DNA of 27,968 nt. Source: a virus. Lineage: Duplodnaviria; Heunggongvirae; Uroviricota; Caudoviricetes. The notes beneath the pieces were generated by a model. That model saw only the letters and a program-made list of their open reading frames with translations. It searched no databases and was not told the DNA's origin. Each line of letters begins with the position of its first letter. Within the stretch, counting starts at the first letter, position 1. The translations under genes and the position numbers were made by a program. The stretch lies in IMG/VR virus record IMGVR_UViG_3300032245_000624, one strand, 5' to 3'. Shown piece by piece: positions 8,118 to 16,402 of the stretch.

Positions 8118-8282
8118 TTATGCTCGATTGGCTTCAACAATAATACCAGCACCTGCAAGTTCTTCTGCTACTGAAGCCAACGCTGATACTATGTCATCAG
8201 TTGCGATAGTTTCAGCAGGTGCGTTATCTTTTACCAATTTGCTTAATGTAATTACAATCACTTCTTCGTGTATTTTGGCCAT
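8118..8282 (-). CDS. Small hypothetical protein, 54 aa
   Basis: Manual translation MAKIHEEVIVITLSKLVKDNAPAETIATDDIVSALASVAEELAGAGIIVEANRA; strong AGGAGG RBS; below the ORF-track size cutoff. Confidence 0.8.
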   Translation of the reverse strand: MAKIHEEVIVITLSKLVKDNAPAETIATDDIVSALASVAEELAGAGIIVEANRA

Positions 8283-8306
8283 GATTGCCTCCTAAATAAT
8301 ATACTA

Positions 8307-9032
8307 TTATTTATCAGGCTCAATTTGCCGGTACTCCTCAATTGATCTAACAAAACCAGGAGAGATCAAACTCAACATGGTTATGATACCACGATCCTTG
8401 ATATAAAAATATCCTCCCCATATGGTATCAAACGGCTTGGCCAGCATGCCAGCTAGATGCCCTGGCACATGCACATCTGATCCAAGATTCTGTAGGTAAG
8501 ACAAAATTTGTTTTTTGGTTTCCACAGCATAGCGGCCTTCTCGAACATTCACACGAAATGGATATTCAACGGGTCCGTTTTTTACTACAAACCCTTCTTG
8601 GATTGTTTTGAGTATCTGTGCAGTAGCAGGCCTGTGTATCCTTGCCAAATGCTGATTTGAATTGTGTTGAATAGATCTAGCAAAATCCAATAGATCTTTT
8701 TCATTATAGCTGTACACACTCAGTCTTGGTTCTTCAACACGAAATTTTAAACGAGTTTCAAAATCTTTTTGTACCTGGCGTATTAGATGAAGAATTGCAA
8801 TTTCGTCAATAGTGGGTAACTTCATACGTCGGTTAACCCAACTACCACCATAGTTGATGGATCGTCGTTGTCTTATGCTGACATGTTCTGCTATAGTTTG
8901 GTCAGGGTACCTTAGTACACTAACTCCCACGGCCTCTACCTCTAGTTTATAGAAATACTGACCGTAGAAGTTACGTGTAACAGGTTTGACTTCTATATCA
9001 GGATTTAATTTGGTCCAGTACAATGTATCCAT
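8307..9032 (-). CDS. Hypothetical protein, 241 aa
   Basis: ORF track 8307..9080; likely start MDTLYW at 9032, overlapping the clpA 3' end by 35 nt. No family recognised. Confidence 0.75.
   Translation of the reverse strand: MDTLYWTKLNPDIEVKPVTRNFYGQYFYKLEVEAVGVSVLRYPDQTIAEHVSIRQRRSINYGGSWVNRRMKLPTIDEIAILHLIRQVQKDFETRLKFRVEEPRLSVYSYNEKDLLDFARSIQHNSNQHLARIHRPATAQILKTIQEGFVVKNGPVEYPFRVNVREGRYAVETKKQILSYLQNLGSDVHVPGHLAGMLAKPFDTIWGGYFYIKDRGIITMLSLISPGFVRSIEEYRQIEPDK
8308..8313 (-). promoter_or_regulatory. TAAATA late-promoter-like motif
   Basis: ATAAATA overlapping the stop of the upstream gene, 25 nt before the 54-aa ORF. Confidence 0.5.
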
Positions 9033-11289
9033 TAGAATCAATAGTTGGTAAAATAGTAAATGCAGATTGCTGTATATCAAATGTCATGGAATCGTTTTCA
9101 AAGTCCACAACCACAACAGATCCAGCTGGAACATCTTCAAATAACATTTTCTTACTCAGTGGCACTTTGATCAAGTCGTTGATCTTGCGTGTTAGAGGAC
9201 GAGCCCCCATCTTGCTGTCAAATCCAGTGTCCACCAAGTGATCAACTGCAACTTCACTCAAACGCACACGTACCTGTTTGTCGCTTAACAATTCATTCAT
9301 TTCATTGATAAACTTAGCAACAATCTTCTTCATGCTCAGACGATCCAGTTTGTTAAACTTACAGATACCATCCAAGCGATTACGGAACTCTGGCTTGAAG
9401 AAATCTTTCACAGCTCGGTCGTCTTCGCCTGTGCGTTCTAGACTGCGTCCAAAACCAATATTGTTACGTTCGTTGTCTGCGGCACCTAGGTTAGATGTCA
9501 TGATAATGATACTGTTACGGCAGTCGGCTTTTTTGCCGTTGCTACTGGTAACAAGACCTTCGTCCATCATGGTAAGCAAGATGTTGGTAACATCTGGGTG
9601 AGCCTTTTCTACTTCATCAAACAAGATAACACAGTTAGGGTTCTTTTCAATTTCGCTGATTAGCAAGCCGCCGCCAAGGTTGCTGTCATCATAACCTACG
9701 TATCCTGGGGGCGCACCAATCAGTTTAGCGATCGAATGCTTCTCTTGGTACTCACTCATGTCATATCGTAGTAGTTTCATCCCAAGACTTTCGGTTAACA
9801 ATTTAGCCAGTTCAGTTTTGCCTGTGCCTGTTGGGCCCATGAACAAGAACGAACCTATGGGTTTGTTGAGTGCTTTCAAACCAGCACGGCTTACATAAAT
9901 CTTTTCTAGCACAACATCAACAGCAGAGTCTTGACCAAACAGTTTGTTCTTGATCTTGAACTCTAAACCATCTAGACTCTTGGCGCCTTCGGTGTTGTTG
10001 ATTTGTTCAATTGGTAGCTTGGTAAACTTGCTGATAGTTTCAACAATGTTTATTTTGCTTGCAGTCCAGTCAACAGCATTGATCTTTAGTTTAGCACAAG
10101 CAGTGTCAATCAAGTCAATGGCTTTGTCTGGTAGCTTCTTGTCTGTTTGATAACGCACTGATAAGTCTACTGCGGAATCAATGGCCTCGTCGCTGATTTT
10201 GCCACCATGGAATTCTTCAAAGTGAACACGCAGGCCACGCAGAATATCTTTTGCCACAGCAGGAGTAGGCTCATCAACAGTGAGTCTATAGAATCGACGC
10301 ATCAACGCACGATCCTTCTCAAAACTTTGTGTGTATTCTTCCCAAGTGGTTGATGCAATAACCTTGATGCGACCTTTGGTCAGTGCTGGCTTGATCATGT
10401 TGGCAAAGTCAACATTGCTACCTGACCCAGAACCTGCGCCACGCATTTGATGTGCTTCGTCAATGAACAATATGCACTTGCCCTTGATGTTCAGTGCCTT
10501 GATAACATCCTTGAGCTTTTCTTCAAACTCGCCGCGGTATTTGCTACCGGCCAGCAATGATCCAATATCTAGGTTGTACACAGTGTAGTCTTTTAGGTAC
10601 TCTGGTACTTCGCCGTCCACAATCTTCTTGGCCAGTCCTTCTGCAATAGCAGTTTTACCCACACCAGGATCGCCTACCATGAGCACGTTTGATTTGTTGC
10701 GCTTGGCCAGCACATGTGAGATTTCTTCAATTTCATATTCGCGACCAATCACTGGATCAATCTTGCCTTCTTTGGCTTGTTCATTGAGATCGTCGCAATA
10801 CTCTTTGAGCACTGCCAGTGCCTGTTGTTTGTGAGCACTCTTGCGCTGACGGCCTTCGCGATAGTTTTCATTATAGAAATCTACAATTTTACCACGCTCA
10901 ATACCTGCTTTGATAATAAAATACGAAGCATGGCTGTTGGCTTCGCTACTGATGCTAATAAACAGATCAATCACTTGCATGTGACCACGTCCAGTGAATA
11001 GAACTTGTGTGAGTGCGCGATTGAACACACGCTCTAGTGCATGAGTTTTCTTTGGCTCAGTGTCATCAAGTTTAGCCACCAGCCAGTGTGCATTATCGTG
11101 ATAGTCGTTGATGTCATGAACAATGCCTTCTACGTTCGCGCCAAATGCTACCAGTAAATCACCAAATGGTTTGTAGGTAAGCACAGCATGTAATAGGTGC
11201 TCCAGAGTCACATATTCATGATTGTACTTTTTGGCATTTTCGCTAGCTGAAGTAATAATAACTTCAATTTCTGGATTGGGCTGTATCAT
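8998..11289 (-). CDS. clpA: ClpA-type Hsp100 AAA+ ATPase (ATP-dependent Clp protease ATP-binding subunit)
   Basis: Clp N-domain (HEYVTLEHLL), two Walker A motifs (GDPGVGKT, GPTGTGKTE), Walker B (LFIDE, LFDEVEKAHPDV), pore loop KYRGEFE, IGF loop (NNIGFG), GARPL; 763 aa with no ClpB middle domain. Confidence 0.93.
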   Translation of the reverse strand: MIQPNPEIEVIITSASENAKKYNHEYVTLEHLLHAVLTYKPFGDLLVAFGANVEGIVHDINDYHDNAHWLVAKLDDTEPKKTHALERVFNRALTQVLFTGRGHMQVIDLFISISSEANSHASYFIIKAGIERGKIVDFYNENYREGRQRKSAHKQQALAVLKEYCDDLNEQAKEGKIDPVIGREYEIEEISHVLAKRNKSNVLMVGDPGVGKTAIAEGLAKKIVDGEVPEYLKDYTVYNLDIGSLLAGSKYRGEFEEKLKDVIKALNIKGKCILFIDEAHQMRGAGSGSGSNVDFANMIKPALTKGRIKVIASTTWEEYTQSFEKDRALMRRFYRLTVDEPTPAVAKDILRGLRVHFEEFHGGKISDEAIDSAVDLSVRYQTDKKLPDKAIDLIDTACAKLKINAVDWTASKINIVETISKFTKLPIEQINNTEGAKSLDGLEFKIKNKLFGQDSAVDVVLEKIYVSRAGLKALNKPIGSFLFMGPTGTGKTELAKLLTESLGMKLLRYDMSEYQEKHSIAKLIGAPPGYVGYDDSNLGGGLLISEIEKNPNCVILFDEVEKAHPDVTNILLTMMDEGLVTSSNGKKADCRNSIIIMTSNLGAADNERNNIGFGRSLERTGEDDRAVKDFFKPEFRNRLDGICKFNKLDRLSMKKIVAKFINEMNELLSDKQVRVRLSEVAVDHLVDTGFDSKMGARPLTRKINDLIKVPLSKKMLFEDVPAGSVVVVDFENDSMTFDIQQSAFTILPTIDSNGYIVLDQIKS

Positions 11290-11307
11290 GTGATCCTTTG
11301 ATTAAAT

Positions 11308-11315
11308 TATTTATA
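11308..11315 (-). promoter_or_regulatory. TATAAATA, full T4-late consensus, upstream of clpA
   Basis: Exact TATAAATA on the minus strand at the dnaJ stop, followed by AAGGA RBS and the clpA ATG. Confidence 0.6.
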
Positions 11316-12168
11316 GGGTGTTTTTGAATATCAGTAGTGCTTGGCGTTGCTCGTCTGTTAAGTGTTTAGGAATTATAACATTAACATCCACAATCAAGCT
11401 ACCTCTTATATGACCATTATGGTTTTCTAAACTGTACAGGCCTTGATTAGGAATACGGAACTTGGTACCGGGAGTAACACCAGCTGGAATGTTGATGTTA
11501 AACACTCGACCATCAAGTCCAGGGATGTCCGCTTGTGTTCCTAACATTGCATCAACAGCATGAACATCACATTGATACAATAAATCCATTCCATGCACTT
11601 GGTATAGAGGATCTGAGTTGATATGAAACGAAACATACAGATCACCACGCGGTAGATTGCCCATCATGTTGTCACCAAGGCCGGAGTACTTGATACTTGC
11701 TCCAGTGGTTACACCACGTGGAATGTTTACCTGTACTGTTTGTCTTTCGCCGGTTGTGGTCTGAACACTGATTGTTTTTTGTTGTTCCTGAAGTGTATCC
11801 ACTAGGTTCAACGATATTTGTACACGAAGATCTTTGTTGCGCCTCTGTTGCTGTTGACGAGCATGAGCAAAAGGATCAACCCCGGGATGAAAACCAAATT
11901 GGCTAAAGATATCATCAAAAGGACTGCCGCCACCAAAGGTAAAACTAAAGCCGCCCGGGCCGTGGTTGAATCCTTGTGGTTGTGGGTTATCGTGTTGCTG
12001 TCGTCGAGCAGGGTCGCTGAGAGTTTCGTAAGCCTGTTGTAGTTCTTGAAACTTGGCTGTGTCACCACCTTTGTCAGGATGATGTTTTGCAGCCAGTTTT
12101 CTATAGGCTTTTTTGATTTCGTCTTCGGAGGCTCCCTTGGGAACTCCTAATATAGAGTAATAGTCCAT
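11311..12168 (-). CDS. dnaJ: DnaJ/CbpA-class co-chaperone (J domain plus C-terminal domain, no zinc finger)
   Basis: MDYYSILGV...YRKLAAKHHPDKGG (HPD), G/F-rich linker, GDLY and DLL motifs; no CxxCxGxG repeats. Start placed at second ATG (12168). Confidence 0.92.
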   Translation of the reverse strand: MDYYSILGVPKGASEDEIKKAYRKLAAKHHPDKGGDTAKFQELQQAYETLSDPARRQQHDNPQPQGFNHGPGGFSFTFGGGSPFDDIFSQFGFHPGVDPFAHARQQQQRRNKDLRVQISLNLVDTLQEQQKTISVQTTTGERQTVQVNIPRGVTTGASIKYSGLGDNMMGNLPRGDLYVSFHINSDPLYQVHGMDLLYQCDVHAVDAMLGTQADIPGLDGRVFNINIPAGVTPGTKFRIPNQGLYSLENHNGHIRGSLIVDVNVIIPKHLTDEQRQALLIFKNTL

Positions 12169-12174
12169 TCGCAT

Positions 12175-12203
12175 ATTCTACACGTTAATTAACCATGTGT
12201 CAA
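12175..12203 (-). promoter_or_regulatory. sigma70-type promoter for dnaJ
   Basis: TTGACA (12203-12198), 17-nt spacer, TAGAAT (12180-12175). Confidence 0.75.
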
Positions 12204-12236
12204 GCGGAAATCCCACCTTAGGCAATTTCCGCTGAC
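12199..12236 (-). terminator. Inverted repeat after the holin, possible terminator, overlapping the dnaJ -35 box
   Basis: GCGGAAAT (12204-12211) / ATTTCCGC (12225-12232), extendable by GTCA/TGAC with one bulge; no clear U-tract. Confidence 0.4.
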
Positions 12237-12259
12237 TTCTTATGCAAGTACTTATTTGA

Positions 12260-12799
12260 TTATTGCTTGTCGCCAAGTTTTTCTTTTGTACGACCGTATG
12301 CGGCAATACCAAGAACAGCACCCATAGCAATATGATAAAGACCTGCGCCCTGTAGTGTCAATGGTTGCCATTGGCTGGTAACCTGTCCACCTTGCAGAGT
12401 TTGGAGAATACTCCAAAGAATTGGAAAAATCACAAAGTCAAAGAAACAGGTCAGCATGTACAACCAACCCATGGCCGGACGCCACTTGTTGTTAATCCAG
12501 TCTGTGTTGGTGTTGGCCACTGTGCTTTCGGCGCCACCAGCTACTGCCGCGGCTGCACTGGCTGTACGATCAGGGGCATAACCTGTTGGACCAGCTTGTG
12601 GTTGTGGTGCCTGTGCTGGCAATGCTGCCGCACCAAATCCTACTGCACCAAAATTACTAGACGGTGTAACGGCTGGCGCAACACCAAATCCTGATGCTGG
12701 GGGTGCGGAACCAAATCCTGCACCAAATCCGGAAATCTTTTGATCTGCATCACCTGAGTCACCTAGGTCTGCAATCGGGGTTTTTGTATTTGTAGGCAT
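12260..12799 (-). CDS. Putative holin (3TM/GTA-holin-like) with FG-rich disordered N-terminus
   Basis: C-terminal NKWRPAMGW...FDFVIFP...WQPLTLQGAGLYHIAMGAVLGIAAYGRTKEK with hydrophobic helices; last gene of the lysis cassette. Confidence 0.65.
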   Translation of the reverse strand: MPTNTKTPIADLGDSGDADQKISGFGAGFGSAPPASGFGVAPAVTPSSNFGAVGFGAAALPAQAPQPQAGPTGYAPDRTASAAAAVAGGAESTVANTNTDWINNKWRPAMGWLYMLTCFFDFVIFPILWSILQTLQGGQVTSQWQPLTLQGAGLYHIAMGAVLGIAAYGRTKEKLGDKQ

Positions 12800-12823
12800 G
12801 TCGAGCTCCTTTTAAATATTTGA

Positions 12824-13087
12824 CTATTCAGTCTTTGCCTGTTCTATAAGTTGATACAGTATGTTGTTGAATACCAACTTGGGTTCTAACTCATGTGATT
12901 CAGCAAATGGGCTGGTTTCTCCCATCACAGTCTCGAGACTGTTGATCAATAACTGCTTGTCAGCATCCGCTTGGTAAGCATTAACAAAGATCAATGCTCG
13001 TGCGGCACTACCAGCAAACCAATAGTTGCTGTTTTTAAATTCTTCAATTTGTTGTTTAAAATCTTCCACTAATATACCCTCAAACAC
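12824..13087 (-). CDS. Hypothetical protein, 87 aa, in lysis cassette
   Basis: 8-nt overlap with upstream ORF; acidic, helical. Confidence 0.7.
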   Translation of the reverse strand: MFEGILVEDFKQQIEEFKNSNYWFAGSAARALIFVNAYQADADKQLLINSLETVMGETSPFAESHELEPKLVFNNILYQLIEQAKTE

Positions 13088-13343
13088 TAGTTAACATGCT
13101 GCCGGCGTTAATTACAACATTTATTATACTATTTAACCTTTCTTTGGCAGAAAGATCCGCACACTGTGCATGAATCAATTGTTGACGCTGAAAATCCACT
13201 AGCAGTTCTTGATATTCGTCAGCAGAACAGTTGCCTGCTTGAAAGTCCTTGGTTAATGCTTCCAACTCATGAGCCAATGCCAACACTGCTGGATCATTAA
13301 CTGAAGTAGCATATAACTCATTTAAAATCATCTGTGCGTTCAT
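13080..13343 (-). CDS. Hypothetical protein, 87 aa, in lysis cassette
   Basis: ATGA overlap with upstream lipoprotein gene; acidic, helical. Confidence 0.7.
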   Translation of the reverse strand: MNAQMILNELYATSVNDPAVLALAHELEALTKDFQAGNCSADEYQELLVDFQRQQLIHAQCADLSAKERLNSIINVVINAGSMLTSV

Positions 13344-13738
13344 CTTGGTTTAGCTCCTAACACTTTTTGTATGTTGTCTGCTGACTGTTCAATGGCTGTG
13401 AACTTGGCCCGGCAGTATACCACGCTTGGGTCTTTGTCGCCCTGGTATCTTTTGTAAAAGTCATTGGTAATTTGGCTCAGTGTATCAGCTAGTTTAAAAC
13501 TATCTGTGTTACGAGGTATATGCTCTGCATAATTTTTGTACTCATTGGCCACTACAAAGATATACTTGACTTCATCTTTTACAGCAGGGGTGCCGCATTG
13601 TTCTTTTCCAATGCCAGCATGTGTGCGTATGCGAGCAATGTACTGATACTCATTCACATCAAACTTGGCCATAAAATAAGCATCGTACAAAGCACAACCA
13701 GGAAGCAAGAATGGTAATAGTAAAACTAATTTTTTCAT
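13340..13738 (-). CDS. Predicted lipoprotein, 132 aa, in lysis cassette
   Basis: Signal peptide II MKKLVLLLPFLLPG|C; ATGA overlap with o-spanin. Confidence 0.75.
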   Translation of the reverse strand: MKKLVLLLPFLLPGCALYDAYFMAKFDVNEYQYIARIRTHAGIGKEQCGTPAVKDEVKYIFVVANEYKNYAEHIPRNTDSFKLADTLSQITNDFYKRYQGDKDPSVVYCRAKFTAIEQSADNIQKVLGAKPR

Positions 13739-13998
13739 TTTACACTCTCATAGATTTGCTTTTGTGTTTTATGCCATTCTTGCCAAGCATCAACCTTGAC
13801 TTTGCATCCATGATATTTGCTGTAGTTGCGTACGATTACTTCGCTGGTAACACTCAATTGTTTGGTGTCTGCTGGTATTTTTTCTAATGCCTCGCAACTG
13901 GTTTTCAAGTCATCAGGAATATCTGGGAATGTCATTTTAACAGGCACCGTGGTTGAACAACCTGTTAACAATATTGCTAGTGCTAGTAGGTACTTCAT
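13735..13998 (-). CDS. Outer-membrane spanin (Rz1-like lipoprotein)
   Basis: Lipobox LLTG|C, Pro-containing segment (VPVKMTFPDIP..L...C), directly after the i-spanin candidate. Confidence 0.75.
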   Translation of the reverse strand: MKYLLALAILLTGCSTTVPVKMTFPDIPDDLKTSCEALEKIPADTKQLSVTSEVIVRNYSKYHGCKVKVDAWQEWHKTQKQIYESVK

Positions 13999-14453
13999 TT
14001 GGGTTCCTCCGATGCTCGGTTAATTGTTTCAATTACTCGTGGATCAACTTCGCACTTGGCATCAACTTCTTTTGCAATCTCTTTGATGCGATCAATATAT
14101 ACTGTTTCTTGTTGTTTGATTACTTTGGTTTTGTAAACAATCTTTTCTTGAATCACTATGTTTTGTTTTTTGCTCTGCTCTTCGGCAATCTTGACCTTGG
14201 CTTCCATTTCAGCCACACGCTCACGCCAGAGCATTTCAATACCATATCCGCCTGACAGGTAAGCACCAATGCCAAACAGCAGTACACCAACTACCTGTAC
14301 AGGGAAACGATATCTATTGATAATTGGCAGTATGGTAATAAACCAACTGACCAATATCAGTGCAAAGCCTAGTCCGGCACACCCATAAAACAGCCACATG
14401 ACTAGACTGTCTGGTAATAAACCAATTAACCAGCCTATTGTGCTGAAGCTCAT
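13995..14453 (-). CDS. Inner-membrane spanin (Rz-like)
   Basis: N-terminal TM helices followed by a coiled-coil (WRERVAEMEAKVKIAEEQ) and C-terminal Cys; between endolysin and o-spanin. Confidence 0.7.
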   Translation of the reverse strand: MSFSTIGWLIGLLPDSLVMWLFYGCAGLGFALILVSWFITILPIINRYRFPVQVVGVLLFGIGAYLSGGYGIEMLWRERVAEMEAKVKIAEEQSKKQNIVIQEKIVYKTKVIKQQETVYIDRIKEIAKEVDAKCEVDPRVIETINRASEEPK

Positions 14454-14454
14454 A

Positions 14455-15081
14455 TCAAGCTCCTAGTACATGGACAGCATGTTGAATGTGGTGTTCGCGA
14501 TCTGCAAGTCCAATGTATCCGCCATTGATTTTTTTGGTCAGTAACTTAATGTCCATCTTGTCTGCTTGAACATTGAGATTGTTGCTTTCCCAGAACCAAC
14601 AGGCACTTTGCACAGCACCTTCGTAGGTTTCCAAAAACTCAATGGTCTCTGCAATAGAACACTCAATGCTGTCTGCAAAGTTTTGATAGTTGTCTTTACC
14701 TGTCAATTGGATCAGTCCACGGCCACGATGCTTCCATCCGTCACCACTGCTCTCTGGGCCATTGCCCATACGGTTAGCATAGATCTTGTTGGCAATTTTT
14801 TCAGGCTGACGCTGATAAGGAACTGCGCTTTCGATTGTTGGAAAGTATTTTTTAAAAATGCTGTTCAGGCCCTGTGCTGAATAGTTTAGGTTTTCACGCA
14901 GTGCGCGATAGCCGCCCGACTCATGTGCTGTTTGACCAAGGAAACACGCCACACGTTGTGGAGTGTCAATATCATAGTCTGGAAGAATTTCGTTTAGTGC
15001 CAGGAACCACTGATCTACATGTGGTGCACCTTTTAGTATTGCTCTTAGTTTTGCTTCAGTAAAATCAAACTTGAAACTCAT
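14455..15081 (-). CDS. Endolysin, glycoside hydrolase family 19 (chitinase-like lysozyme)
   Basis: FLGQTAHESGGY...ENLNYS, DGWKHRGRGLIQLTGKDNY, SACWFW, TKKINGGYIGLADR motifs. Confidence 0.92.
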   Translation of the reverse strand: MSFKFDFTEAKLRAILKGAPHVDQWFLALNEILPDYDIDTPQRVACFLGQTAHESGGYRALRENLNYSAQGLNSIFKKYFPTIESAVPYQRQPEKIANKIYANRMGNGPESSGDGWKHRGRGLIQLTGKDNYQNFADSIECSIAETIEFLETYEGAVQSACWFWESNNLNVQADKMDIKLLTKKINGGYIGLADREHHIQHAVHVLGA

Positions 15082-15096
15082 TTGTTGCTCCTTTTG

Positions 15097-15627
15097 TTAT
15101 AGTATGCCTGCGGCTATCCTCAGGCTGTCGGTGAGTTCATTCTTGGGTGCTTTGGTTTTGACCTCAATGCCAGAAATGGCTTTTAACTTGTCTAGTTCTT
15201 TGTGGCCAAATCGGCTTTCGTATTCACTAGAGGTTAGAGGAACCAACCCTTTGAGCGCAGTCTCATCCATTGGATGATCTTTGGTATCGTGATAGTAACG
15301 CACACGCCAGTCTGACCTTTCGAGGTCTGTTACTTTTTCAAGGTCTTCGGCCAACTCAATGATATGAGCTATGCTGTCACGGTCACGTGGAATTTCAATA
15401 AACACTATGTAGTCGCCGTCGTCCATCTCGCCTGAGCTAACGTCGGCATCGACCACCCACTCGTAACCTTTTTCAATAAAATCTACTAGGTCATTTGCAG
15501 GTTCTTTGCCTGTTACTTTAAAGCTGATGACTACTATATCTTTGTCTTCACCCATCTTGCTCTTGAAATCATCTATATGGATTTCACTGTGTACAAGACG
15601 TTTGAGATCATTTTTTTCTAAACTCAT
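15097..15627 (-). CDS. Hypothetical acidic protein, 176 aa
   Basis: ATGA overlap with upstream ORF; no family recognised. Confidence 0.8.
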   Translation of the reverse strand: MSLEKNDLKRLVHSEIHIDDFKSKMGEDKDIVVISFKVTGKEPANDLVDFIEKGYEWVVDADVSSGEMDDGDYIVFIEIPRDRDSIAHIIELAEDLEKVTDLERSDWRVRYYHDTKDHPMDETALKGLVPLTSSEYESRFGHKELDKLKAISGIEVKTKAPKNELTDSLRIAAGIL

Positions 15628-16178
15628 ACAGGTGCTCCTAGTGTAGGATCAGTTGCCTCTTCAGCAGGAGCCTCACTTGGACTCTTGTAGGATTCTTCGT
15701 CCATGCCTGATTCATATGCTTGCTCAATATCTTCTGCATCAATGGTTTCGTTTTCTAGTTCCACCGATCCTTGTGTGATATCTTGCATTAGCTTTTTAGG
15801 CATAACAATTTCCACCAACCAAATTGGCGAAGTTTTCATCTTGGGCATTTTTGTGCCAGCTTCAAAATCGTCAGGGCTTTTGATTTTTACTGGATATGCC
15901 AGTAGTTCTTTTTGATAGCGAACTTCGCATCCGTAATCTAACAAACGTCTGCCACCACGTGGGTCAGGCATCATTTTGTATGGCCACATAAACACACAGC
16001 GCACAAAGTATTTTTCGTAATCAGGGCCTTCTACTAGCTCGCCCTTTTTCCAGTTGTCGTATGCGTATAGATTTAGTTCGTCAATGACACGTTCAAAATC
16101 CATGAGCGTGACCACTGCACTATCACTCATGAAGATATCTTTGGTGTTTTTTAAGATGTTTGTAATGTCTGCTGGCAT
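15624..16178 (-). CDS. Hypothetical protein, 184 aa
   Basis: Globular core (W..GELVEGP...FMWP..MPDPRGGRRLL.YGCEV) and acidic tail; function not recognised. Confidence 0.8.
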   Translation of the reverse strand: MPADITNILKNTKDIFMSDSAVVTLMDFERVIDELNLYAYDNWKKGELVEGPDYEKYFVRCVFMWPYKMMPDPRGGRRLLDYGCEVRYQKELLAYPVKIKSPDDFEAGTKMPKMKTSPIWLVEIVMPKKLMQDITQGSVELENETIDAEDIEQAYESGMDEESYKSPSEAPAEEATDPTLGAPV

Positions 16179-16197
16179 GAATATAACCCGTTTACGT

Positions 16198-16203
16198 TAT
16201 TTA
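16198..16203 (-). promoter_or_regulatory. TAAATA late-promoter-like motif heading the operon that includes the lysis cassette
   Basis: CTAAATA 19 nt upstream of ATG 16178. Confidence 0.55.
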
Positions 16204-16311
16204 GCCTGAGAGCAATAGATGGGCTAATAGTTGATATGGCCCGTGACAGCTTAATACTTATGATATTTTTACAACTTTTAACTACCAGTTAAATCAATTT
16301 AGGATAACTTC

Positions 16312-16317
16312 TAAATA
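16312..16317 (+). promoter_or_regulatory. TAAATA late-promoter-like motif for phoH
   Basis: CTAAATA on the plus strand upstream of the only plus-strand gene. Confidence 0.5.
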
Positions 16318-16402
16318 ATTGTGTAGATAGCGCAAAAAAAGCTAGGCTACAAGGGAACTCAATATGCCTATCTACCATTTACATACCAAGGGAGCATCGA
16401 AC

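Noticed and set aside
8998-11289. ClpB call for the Hsp100 gene
   Set aside because: Length 763 aa, no middle coiled-coil domain and an IGF loop indicate ClpA type.
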